NCBI GenBank assembly: GCA_965223705.1
Contig: OZ245015.1
Location: 512,001-576,000 of the forward strand
DNA length: 64,000 nt
Reading direction: 5' to 3'
DNA from: Myxococcota bacterium
GTDB lineage: Bacteria > Myxococcota_A > UBA9160 > UBA6930
The translations under genes and the position numbers were made by a program. Below are positions 56,935 through 64,000 of the stretch, piece by piece; the stretch's first letter is position 1; each line of letters starts with the position of its first letter. The notes under the pieces are model-generated. The model did not search any database and had not been told where the DNA came from. It worked only from the letters and a program-made list of their open reading frames with translations.

Positions 56935-57786
56935 ATGAATGAGCCCAACGCGAGTGAGCCGCAAACCGGGGACGCGAAGCCGCGAGAGCCCGTGCTCTTC
57001 ATTCGAAGCGCCCACTCCGAGCCGGTGATCGTCGAAACCGCGGCCGGTCGAGCGGCTGTCTACTCGCGGCCCGCCCCGTATCCCGAGCGCGTCAACGAAG
57101 ACGCCGCCGTGCTGATTCCTCTTTCGGAGAGCGACGGGCTCCTCGTCGTCGCCGACGGTGTCGGTGGCGCTCGAGACGGCGCGCGCGCTTCGCGCCGCGT
57201 TGTCGAGCGACTCGCGGGCGCGTTCAGTGAGCTCGACTTTCGTACGGATCTGGCGGTGCGGAGCATGACCCTCGATGCCGTCGAAGAAACGAATCGAGAG
57301 CTCCTCGAGGCGGGTTCCGGGTCGACGACGATCGCCATCGCCGAACTCCGCGAGGGGCAGGTGCGCTCCTACCACGTGGGCGATTCCGAGATCTGGTTGA
57401 TCGGAGGGGGCGGAAAGGTTCGCTGGCGGACCACGTCCCATTCGCCCACCGGCTACGCCGTCGAAGCAGGGCTCATGGGGGAATCGGAAGCGCTCGGTCA
57501 TCACGAGCGGCACCTGATCTCGAACGCCGTCGGAGCTTCGGACATGCGGGTCGAAATCGGGTCGTTTCGGGCGCTCCGTCCGCGCGATACGTTGCTCGCC
57601 GCCACCGATGGATTGTTCGATAACTTGCAGAGCGAACAAATCGTCGAACTCGTCCGGAAGGGGCCACTCGAGCGAGCGGCGAGCGACCTCGCCGCGGCGG
57701 CCGTAGCTCGGATGGATGATTCCGAAAGCGCAACTCCGGGGAAACCCGATGATCTGACGTTCGTGCTCTACCGACCCAATCGCTAG
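56935..57786 (+). CDS. PP2C/PPM family Ser/Thr protein phosphatase
   Basis: NEDA, VADGVGG, GSTT, HVGDS, TDGLFD, DDLT; SD AGGAGG. Confidence 0.92.
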   Translation: MNEPNASEPQTGDAKPREPVLFIRSAHSEPVIVETAAGRAAVYSRPAPYPERVNEDAAVLIPLSESDGLLVVADGVGGARDGARASRRVVERLAGAFSELDFRTDLAVRSMTLDAVEETNRELLEAGSGSTTIAIAELREGQVRSYHVGDSEIWLIGGGGKVRWRTTSHSPTGYAVEAGLMGESEALGHHERHLISNAVGASDMRVEIGSFRALRPRDTLLAATDGLFDNLQSEQIVELVRKGPLERAASDLAAAAVARMDDSESATPGKPDDLTFVLYRPNR

Positions 57787-57794
57787 CCCGACCT

Positions 57795-59123
57795 ATGCGA
57801 CGCGGAAAACGCCTCGGGAAATACCGTCTCGAACGACGGATCGGTTCTGGAAGCTTCGCCGAAGTGTGGAAGGCTCGAGATACCATCGAGCAGCGGGATG
57901 TCGCGCTCAAGATCGCGACGCCTGGGGTCATCGACCTTCATGGCAAGAAGGAAGTCGAGCACGAAGCGCGCATCGCGTCGAAGCTCACACATCCCAATAT
58001 CGTTTCGGTTCGCAACGCGGACTGGATTGAGGGACATTTCGTCCTGGCGACCGATCTCGCGGAGAAGAACCTCGCTCAATACGCAGGGGCGAAACGTTCC
58101 GAATCCGTCGCCCTGCGCGTCATTCGCGACGTCGCTGCGGGGTTGGCCCACGCTCACGACCACCGTGTCCTTCACCGAGATATCAAGCCCGAGAACGTAT
58201 TGATCTTCAAAGACCGTCGGGCGGCGCTCGGGGATTTCGGTGTCGCGCGTTTCGCGAAAGGTCCTACGCGAGTGTTCACCGAAGCTGGAACGCTGGGCTA
58301 CATGGCGCCGGAACAGGCCTACGGACGGCCGACCTACGCTTCGGATGTCTTCTCGCTCGCGCTGGTCGGTTATGAGATTCTCGCGGGTGAGCTTCCGTCG
58401 TGGCCCTTCGAGGCGCCGCTCGCCGGGCACCGGCGATTCGAATCGCGGACGCCGCCCGCGATCGCGCGCATCATCCGCCGCTCGATTCGACTCGACGCGA
58501 ACCGCCGCCCTGAAAACGGCCACCTGTTCTTCCGCGACTTCGAGAAAGCGCTCGTTCGGGCGGAGTCAAAGCCGACTCCCCGTCGGCGCAAGAGCCCGGG
58601 GCCCCGCGCGTCCACGCCGTTTGAAGTCGAAGCGCAGCTGTTCTTGCGTCGGTATCAACGATCCTTGGGTCTGGCGTACGACTGCTATCGCTGCGGTGGC
58701 CCGATCTCCGAAGCGATGAGCTACTGCCCCTGGTGCCGGACCCACGACAACTCGCTGATCGACGTGACTCAGTATCCGATTGTCTGTCCGGAATGTGAGC
58801 ACGGAGTGCGACCGGAATGGACAGCGTGTCCCTGGTGCTTCCGCGGAAGTTTCCAAGGCAACGGGAAGAAGCCGCGCCCCGATCCACGAGCCGAGAGGAC
58901 GTGCTCAAGGCGCGGGTGCGAAGGCGAGCTGCGAACGTTCATGAAGTACTGTCCGCTGTGCAAGGAGCGACCGCGGCGTCCTTGGAGCCATCCGGATCTG
59001 CCCGACCGTTGTATGCACTGTCGCTGGCCGATCAATCGGCTGTTTTGGCGCCACTGCCCTTGGTGTGGGAGAGGGACGGGCAGGCCCACGGGCCCGGCCA
59101 ATACCCGACGCGCAAGTCGCTAG
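57795..59123 (+). CDS. Hanks-type Ser/Thr protein kinase with four C-terminal zinc-ribbon units
   Basis: GSGSFA, VALK, HRDIKPEN, DFG, GT..YMAPE, SDVFS; eight CxxC-type pairs in the C-terminus; no TM. Confidence 0.93.
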   Translation: MRRGKRLGKYRLERRIGSGSFAEVWKARDTIEQRDVALKIATPGVIDLHGKKEVEHEARIASKLTHPNIVSVRNADWIEGHFVLATDLAEKNLAQYAGAKRSESVALRVIRDVAAGLAHAHDHRVLHRDIKPENVLIFKDRRAALGDFGVARFAKGPTRVFTEAGTLGYMAPEQAYGRPTYASDVFSLALVGYEILAGELPSWPFEAPLAGHRRFESRTPPAIARIIRRSIRLDANRRPENGHLFFRDFEKALVRAESKPTPRRRKSPGPRASTPFEVEAQLFLRRYQRSLGLAYDCYRCGGPISEAMSYCPWCRTHDNSLIDVTQYPIVCPECEHGVRPEWTACPWCFRGSFQGNGKKPRPDPRAERTCSRRGCEGELRTFMKYCPLCKERPRRPWSHPDLPDRCMHCRWPINRLFWRHCPWCGRGTGRPTGPANTRRASR

Positions 59124-59132
59124 GAGAGGGTG

Positions 59133-59615
59133 ATGGATAAGTACGTCGTCAAACGCGCAGAAATCGACGCGATGGAAGGGCTCCGCAAAGCGCACTACTT
59201 GAACCCCGACGCGCAGCGCATCAATAAATCCCTGGGAGACATGGTCGGACTCACCGGGTTCGGTTTTCACATCATCGACGTTCCGCCCGGAAAAGAGTCG
59301 ACCGAGTACCACGTCCATCACTTTGAAGACGAATGCGCGTACGTGCTGTCCGGTACGGGCCGCGTCACCATCGGAGAGGAAGAAATCGACATCGGCGAGG
59401 GCGATTTCATCGGCTACCGGAAGTCCGGGAAACCGCACACCATGCGAAACACCGGAGACGATGTCCTCCGCTGCATCGTCGTCGGAGAGCGCCTTCCTCA
59501 CGACGTCGGCGACTACCCGCGTCTACACAAGCGCTTGTACCGGAGCCCGGGCCGACCCTGGGATCTTGTGGATCACGACGCGATCGCGAACCCGGAGGCC
59601 GGCCGGAAGGCCTAG
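59133..59615 (+). CDS. Cupin domain protein
   Basis: PPGKES..YHVH..EDE..YVLSG.G, GDF, H.MRN. Confidence 0.88.
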   Translation: MDKYVVKRAEIDAMEGLRKAHYLNPDAQRINKSLGDMVGLTGFGFHIIDVPPGKESTEYHVHHFEDECAYVLSGTGRVTIGEEEIDIGEGDFIGYRKSGKPHTMRNTGDDVLRCIVVGERLPHDVGDYPRLHKRLYRSPGRPWDLVDHDAIANPEAGRKA

Positions 59616-60763
59616 CCCGACAGGCTCATCATCCTGGCGAAGTTGCCGGCGTAGAACCTCTCCTGCGCGGTGTCGCTCTGCGCCTCGATCATGGCGGAAA
59701 ACCGCCCGAGCGGATCGCGTCCGCCTTCGATGTGGGGATAGTCCGAAGAGAACATGTAGAGCTCGTCCGACGACTCGCGGATCAGCCGACCGACGTCTTC
59801 GAACGGGTACGGTGTGAACGCCAGCTGTTCGCGGATTTGTGCCGACGGCAGTCGACCCATCTCCCGAAGCTCTGGCTCGGAACGGCGCCACAACGAGACA
59901 ATGTTGTCCAAGCGTCGCATCAACGACGGGACCCAATCCGCGCCGAGTTCGATCGCGCCGCCGCGGAGTTTCGGGAACCGCTCGAGAACGCCGTCGAGGA
60001 TGAGTGTCGACAGAAAAGCTTCCGCGTCGTGGTGCAGCGTGGCCATGTCCTTGCCGCGAATGTTCTCTCCGCCGCCGAGCCAGTCCGCCGGCACCTCGCG
60101 ACCGTTGTCCATGTACTCGGAGCGGATCTTGAGCGCCGAACCGCCGACGTGGAGCAAGAAAGGCACCGCGGCGTCAGACAACGCCGCCCACACGGGATCG
60201 AGGTCGCTGTGTCCGGGTGACCGGTTGCCCGCCGGGAGGGACGGCACCCAGAATGCGTCGAGCCCCTCACGGAGAGCAGCGTCGATTTCCTTCAGTGCGC
60301 GTTCCGTATCCGCAAGCGAGACGACCCCCACTCCGAGAAGGCGCGGATCGTCGGCGCAGAACGCCGCCATCGCGCGGTTCGCGGCGCGAACGCCGGCGTA
60401 GACCAGCTCGAGGTCGTCGCCGAGCGCGTAGGTTTGGAACGAGAACGTCGGGAAGACGAGCTGTTTTTCGAAGCCCAAGCGGTCAAGCGCCCGGGAGCGC
60501 TCGCTCGAATTGAAGGAGCCGAGTGCGCCCCAGCCTTTCGGCCCACCGATGACGTTCTTCTCGAGCTCCCTCGCGACGTCCGGGACGTGTGCGCGCCGAT
60601 CGCCGAGGGCCTGCAGGTCCTCCGCCATCTTTCCGGCGGCCGCCAGGTCGATCTCGGGAAGGCGCTCCCGGTATTTAGGATCGGCAAATTCGAGCGCCCA
60701 GTCGGGGAACTCCATGATGTGACTGTCGGCGTCGTAGAATGTTCGGCCACTGGCGTAGGGCAT
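59612..60763 (-). CDS. Amidohydrolase family protein (Amidohydro_2)
   Basis: DADSH, LHVG, ERFP.LR..IELG, FSSDYPH.EG. Confidence 0.9.
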   Translation of the reverse strand: MPYASGRTFYDADSHIMEFPDWALEFADPKYRERLPEIDLAAAGKMAEDLQALGDRRAHVPDVARELEKNVIGGPKGWGALGSFNSSERSRALDRLGFEKQLVFPTFSFQTYALGDDLELVYAGVRAANRAMAAFCADDPRLLGVGVVSLADTERALKEIDAALREGLDAFWVPSLPAGNRSPGHSDLDPVWAALSDAAVPFLLHVGGSALKIRSEYMDNGREVPADWLGGGENIRGKDMATLHHDAEAFLSTLILDGVLERFPKLRGGAIELGADWVPSLMRRLDNIVSLWRRSEPELREMGRLPSAQIREQLAFTPYPFEDVGRLIRESSDELYMFSSDYPHIEGGRDPLGRFSAMIEAQSDTAQERFYAGNFARMMSLSG

Positions 60764-60805
60764 CGGCGGTCTCCCGTTGACACGTAAGAGGATAGCCCGT
60801 GCGCG

Positions 60806-61615
60806 CTAGCGATCGACGTCGTTGAGAGACCAGTCGTAGCGGTGGTCGTCGACGGAGCGACGCCCCTGCAGCCGCGTTTTCAGTTTGGGTTTCGCGTACT
60901 GGCGAAGGTGCGCCAGCACACCGGCGTCGTTTCCTCCAAAATCTTCCTCGAACCAGCGATAGATGCTCGAAACCACGAGCTCTCCGTCGACGATGGCCGC
61001 CCCGCGCGGGTGGTTGACGTACGCGCGGGCTGCATCGTCGAGTAGGCCTTCAGCGTTCTCGGCGGTGAACGCATCGATCTGCAAGTTCGGGCACCCGAGC
61101 GATGCGCAGTTCACCGCGTAGTGAACCCGGGGATCCCGCCATACCGGGCGCAGGATGCGGTGTTCGATGTCGTCGAGGGTGATCTCCTGCCCATCGACGG
61201 TTATCCACGCTTTTTTCCACGGTCCACGGTGGAGCCAGTTCGGCCGAATATCGCGGATCGAGTCAACCGGGTAATGATCGAGAATCACCTTCACGGTGAG
61301 GGCGTTGTACAGATTGATCCAATAGGCGCGCTGCTCGTTTCGGTTGAGCTGCGTCGGGGCGACGGCGCGGAGCGATTCGAGATAGGTCGCCAGGTTGCGG
61401 CGGTCGTCGCCGGTGACCTCGCCATAACGCACCCGATGAATCCCGGTCGCGTCGGCGACGACATAGCGTTTCAGAAACGCGTCCCACACATCGTGAGAAA
61501 TGCGCACCGTCGAGTCTGCACGATGCGGCTCGAATCGTTCCCAGGGCTCGGCTCCGGCCCAGCCCGCGGTGGTGACACCGAGAAGCAGTATGACGAAGCG
61601 AATGGCGCGACTCAT
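60806..61615 (-). CDS. DUF547 domain protein, exported
   Basis: Signal peptide; AYWINLYNA, LDDIEH.ILR, DPRVHYAVNCAS.GCP, YDWSLN. Confidence 0.9.
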   Translation of the reverse strand: MSRAIRFVILLLGVTTAGWAGAEPWERFEPHRADSTVRISHDVWDAFLKRYVVADATGIHRVRYGEVTGDDRRNLATYLESLRAVAPTQLNRNEQRAYWINLYNALTVKVILDHYPVDSIRDIRPNWLHRGPWKKAWITVDGQEITLDDIEHRILRPVWRDPRVHYAVNCASLGCPNLQIDAFTAENAEGLLDDAARAYVNHPRGAAIVDGELVVSSIYRWFEEDFGGNDAGVLAHLRQYAKPKLKTRLQGRRSVDDHRYDWSLNDVDR

Positions 61616-61670
61616 CGGTCTCCTCGATCGTACTACGTCGGAACGCCCCGAAGCGTTACGCTCCGTTCCC

Positions 61671-62063
61671 ATGTTGCACGTCAAATCGATCCACGAAACG
61701 TCCGACGTGCGAGACGGTCTCAGAATTCTCGCGACCCGATTTCGAGGCAGAGGGCTGTCCAAGGATCGCTACGACGTCTGGATGGCGAACTTGGGCCCGA
61801 GCGAAGTCCTGCTTCGCGATTTCCTCGAAGAGCGTGTGACCTGGGCGGAATTCGGCCGCCGCTACCGGACGGAGCTCTTCGCGCCAGCGGAGGTCGATTC
61901 TCGGAACCGGACGATTCGGAACCACGGTCAAAAATTTACGCTCCGCCTGATCAAAGAACTTTCGGCTTCCGGTGACGTGACGTTGTTGTGCCACTGCGCC
62001 GCGGATGTGACGCGGTGTCACCGCCACCTCTTGAAACGCGTGATCGAAAGCCGGCGGGTCTGA
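61671..62063 (+). CDS. DUF488/YeaO family protein
   Basis: DGLRIL..R..RGLSK, W...LGPS..L, F..RY..EL, TLLC.C....CHR. Confidence 0.85.
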   Translation: MLHVKSIHETSDVRDGLRILATRFRGRGLSKDRYDVWMANLGPSEVLLRDFLEERVTWAEFGRRYRTELFAPAEVDSRNRTIRNHGQKFTLRLIKELSASGDVTLLCHCAADVTRCHRHLLKRVIESRRV

Positions 62064-62092
62064 TACGCTTGTCGACAACCGAGGTGACTCCT

Positions 62093-62551
62093 ATGACACA
62101 GACGACGAAACCGAAGGTCGATGGCGAATACGTGAAGCTCGACACCGTCGGATGGCAGCCTTTCCCCGACGCTTTCTCGGATGGAGGAATCCGCTGGAAG
62201 CTCCTGCATGTGTCACCCGAGATGGGTGCTTGGACCGCGATCTTCGATTGTCCCGCCGGCTCCTCTTTCGCGCGACATATCCATGTCGGCCCCGGTGAAT
62301 ATCTGCTGACCCGCGGGCGGATGGAGGTGCGCGGAGGCGACGCGTCGGGCGGCGCAACCGCGGAGGCCACGAGCTACGGGTATGAAGCGTGCAACGCCCG
62401 GCACGATCGCACGTTCTTTCCCGAAGCGAGCGAGTTCTACATGACGTTTCTCGGCCCCCTCCAATTCGTGGACGAGGAGGAAAAACCGCTCGCCGTGGTC
62501 GGGTGGGAGCAAGCGCAGGCGTTGTGGGCCCAGCAGACGGGCGCTGCCTAG
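62093..62551 (+). CDS. Cupin, 2,4'-dihydroxyacetophenone dioxygenase/ChrR-like
   Basis: KLLHVSPE.G.W, G.....HIH.GP, SYGYE....H. Confidence 0.75.
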   Translation: MTQTTKPKVDGEYVKLDTVGWQPFPDAFSDGGIRWKLLHVSPEMGAWTAIFDCPAGSSFARHIHVGPGEYLLTRGRMEVRGGDASGGATAEATSYGYEACNARHDRTFFPEASEFYMTFLGPLQFVDEEEKPLAVVGWEQAQALWAQQTGAA

Positions 62552-63367
62552 CTAGGCGCTTCGCACCTTTTCGAGATAGGGTCGGCAATCCGGTGCAAAC
62601 GCCGGATGTTCGACGAGTCGGTCGAAATGCTCAAAGGCCTGTGGGAAGGCCTCGCTATCGATCATCTGCTGCAGCACGCAGGGCAAGTTTCGCCTCGCGA
62701 GTTCGGCTCGCTGCCGAAGCTCGGCGTGGCACAAGAGCAGCTCACACGCGAACGCGATATCCGCGAGGGTCACGCGATCTCCGACGAGAAAGGAGCGACC
62801 GCCCCGTAGGGCTCGTTCGATTCCTCCGAGGTAGGTCTCATAGGCCGCTTGCGCTTGACGGCTCACGGAGGGGTCGATGTCGCCACCTCCACTCGCGAGC
62901 AGATAGATCTGCGTCTCTCTCGCGAACACCAAGCTGACGTCGAGAAAAGAATCGATGCGCGCAGCCTCGAGCCCGGTCTGTCCGTAGAGCCCGGACTCGG
63001 GGTCCCCGAGTCGCGCCACGGCTCGAAGGATGCTGTTCGACTCGAAGATCCCTACGGCCCCGTCGGCGCTCCACGCGGCGGGTACGGTTCCGAAGGGATG
63101 GGCGTCGAGAAAGGCGTCGGTCTTGACGAGTCTTCCGGTAAAGCCGACTCGACTGGTTCGGTCGTTTTGCGACGTGCTTTGTCGCTCCCTTTCCGTCAGC
63201 GGCCGCGCGTCAAAATCCCACAACCATTCGGCGAGGGCCGCAGGGCGGTCGCCTCGCCATTCGATATCGACGCCGCAGATCCTGCCGGCGATGGTGGCTT
63301 TGAAGACGCGTGGGTTCGGGATATAGGAAAAGATGCGTAGACGAGGCTTTTCGCGGCCTTCGTTCAT
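62552..63367 (-). CDS. Glutathione S-transferase family protein
   Basis: PFGTVPA, FESNSILR, FLVGDRVTLADI; ATG 63367 inferred. Confidence 0.85.
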   Translation of the reverse strand: MNEGREKPRLRIFSYIPNPRVFKATIAGRICGVDIEWRGDRPAALAEWLWDFDARPLTERERQSTSQNDRTSRVGFTGRLVKTDAFLDAHPFGTVPAAWSADGAVGIFESNSILRAVARLGDPESGLYGQTGLEAARIDSFLDVSLVFARETQIYLLASGGGDIDPSVSRQAQAAYETYLGGIERALRGGRSFLVGDRVTLADIAFACELLLCHAELRQRAELARRNLPCVLQQMIDSEAFPQAFEHFDRLVEHPAFAPDCRPYLEKVRSA

Positions 63368-63436
63368 GATGAACGTCCCCCCGATTGGTTCGATGGTACA
63401 TTGTCGGGGTCCGAGGGACGGAGGACGAGACCGCGA

Positions 63437-63814
63437 ATGGTCGGACATTCCGCCGCCACAAACCTGCTCGCGATCGATCCTTTCGCCGCCGTCCAGCACG
63501 CGGAGTTCCGCGAGTACTTGCCGTACCTGATTCCCATCGGCTTGCTCCTCGTCTGGTATATCCGCGGCATCGCGATCGACGTGTTTCGGGACTTTCTCCG
63601 CGTCCGGCGCCGCCGCCTGTTTCGGGTGATCCGCCGGAGTGGCGTCATTCGCAGCTATGGCTACAGCCAACACTATCTGGGTGAGCTCGGGCCCTGTGTC
63701 GGTTCCGTCTTCTACGAACCGTGGCAGCGTTGGTGTTCGCGCCGCCAGGGGCGTGTCGCAGCGGTGGTCCGCCACGCGACGCGGTTCCCCGAGACCGTTC
63801 GCAAAGGCGCCTAG
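63437..63814 (+). CDS. Hypothetical single-TM basic protein
   Basis: SD-like GAGGA upstream; one hydrophobic helix then an Arg-rich tail; fills the gap between GST and the next gene. Confidence 0.5.
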   Translation: MVGHSAATNLLAIDPFAAVQHAEFREYLPYLIPIGLLLVWYIRGIAIDVFRDFLRVRRRRLFRVIRRSGVIRSYGYSQHYLGELGPCVGSVFYEPWQRWCSRRQGRVAAVVRHATRFPETVRKGA

Positions 63815-63816
63815 CC

Positions 63817-64000
63817 GTGTCCTACTCCCAAGGTCGGCGTATCTGCGATGCGGACAGCCATTTGATGGAGCTCCCGAATTTTCTCGAGCGTCACGCCGAT
63901 CCGGGCTTCGCCGATCGCCTGCCGCGCCCAGAAGAGGTGGCGGCGCAGATTCGCGACGTCGCAGCGGACGAAGTCGCGACGACCACGAGGCGTGAGGGAC
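63817..64000 (+). CDS. Amidohydrolase family protein, 3'-partial (absent from the ORF track)
   Basis: GTG start gives MSYSQGRRICDADSHLMELPNFLERHADPGFADRLP, closely resembling the N-terminus of the 59612-60763 protein. Confidence 0.85.
   Translation, partial: MSYSQGRRICDADSHLMELPNFLERHADPGFADRLPRPEEVAAQIRDVAADEVATTTRREG

Noticed and set aside
1..64000. CRISPR arrays, tRNA/rRNA genes, IS elements, prophage genes
   Set aside because: No spaced direct-repeat arrays, cloverleaf-like sequences, or transposase/integrase/phage motifs seen; intergenic gaps are short. Inspection was by eye only

Overview
A 64-kb, high-GC (roughly two-thirds G+C by eye), gene-dense bacterial chromosomal segment with about 60 CDSs. 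I saw no rRNA, tRNA, CRISPR array, transposase or integrase. The gene content (PilZ proteins, a Hanks kinase/PP2C pair, type-2 IleRS, a histone H1-like protein) would fit a Myxococcota/deltaproteobacterial-type organism, but taxonomy cannot be fixed from this window. Housekeeping genes: acnA 3' end, nadE, apaH, rlmD-like, nfuA-like, ileS, mutM, rqcH-like, frmA, fused otsAB. Accessory modules: (i) a tungsten/molybdopterin aldehyde oxidoreductase cluster moaD-aor-moeA-moeA/PBP; (ii) a PQQ operon pqqB-pqqCD(fusion)-pqqE with no pqqA, a PqqB missing two Zn-site cysteines, and a coupled 4-TM DMT/SMR-like gene that is a candidate PQQ exporter; (iii) a 7-gene nonulosonic-acid glycan cluster with no NeuC or export genes, ending in a GT2-TPR protein; (iv) a PP2C phosphatase plus a Ser/Thr kinase carrying four tandem zinc ribbons; (v) an exported cyclohexadienyl dehydratase-chorismate mutase fusion; (vi) a cold-shock protein with an extra N-terminal domain and a long structured leader; (vii) a stand-alone OLD-like TOPRIM protein. 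Window-wide patterns: ten genes have a TAnnnT -10 box 6-8 nt before the start codon (suggesting leaderless mRNAs), and four convergent gene pairs share one palindromic CTAG as their stop codons. All product calls come from motif recognition by eye; no database search was run.
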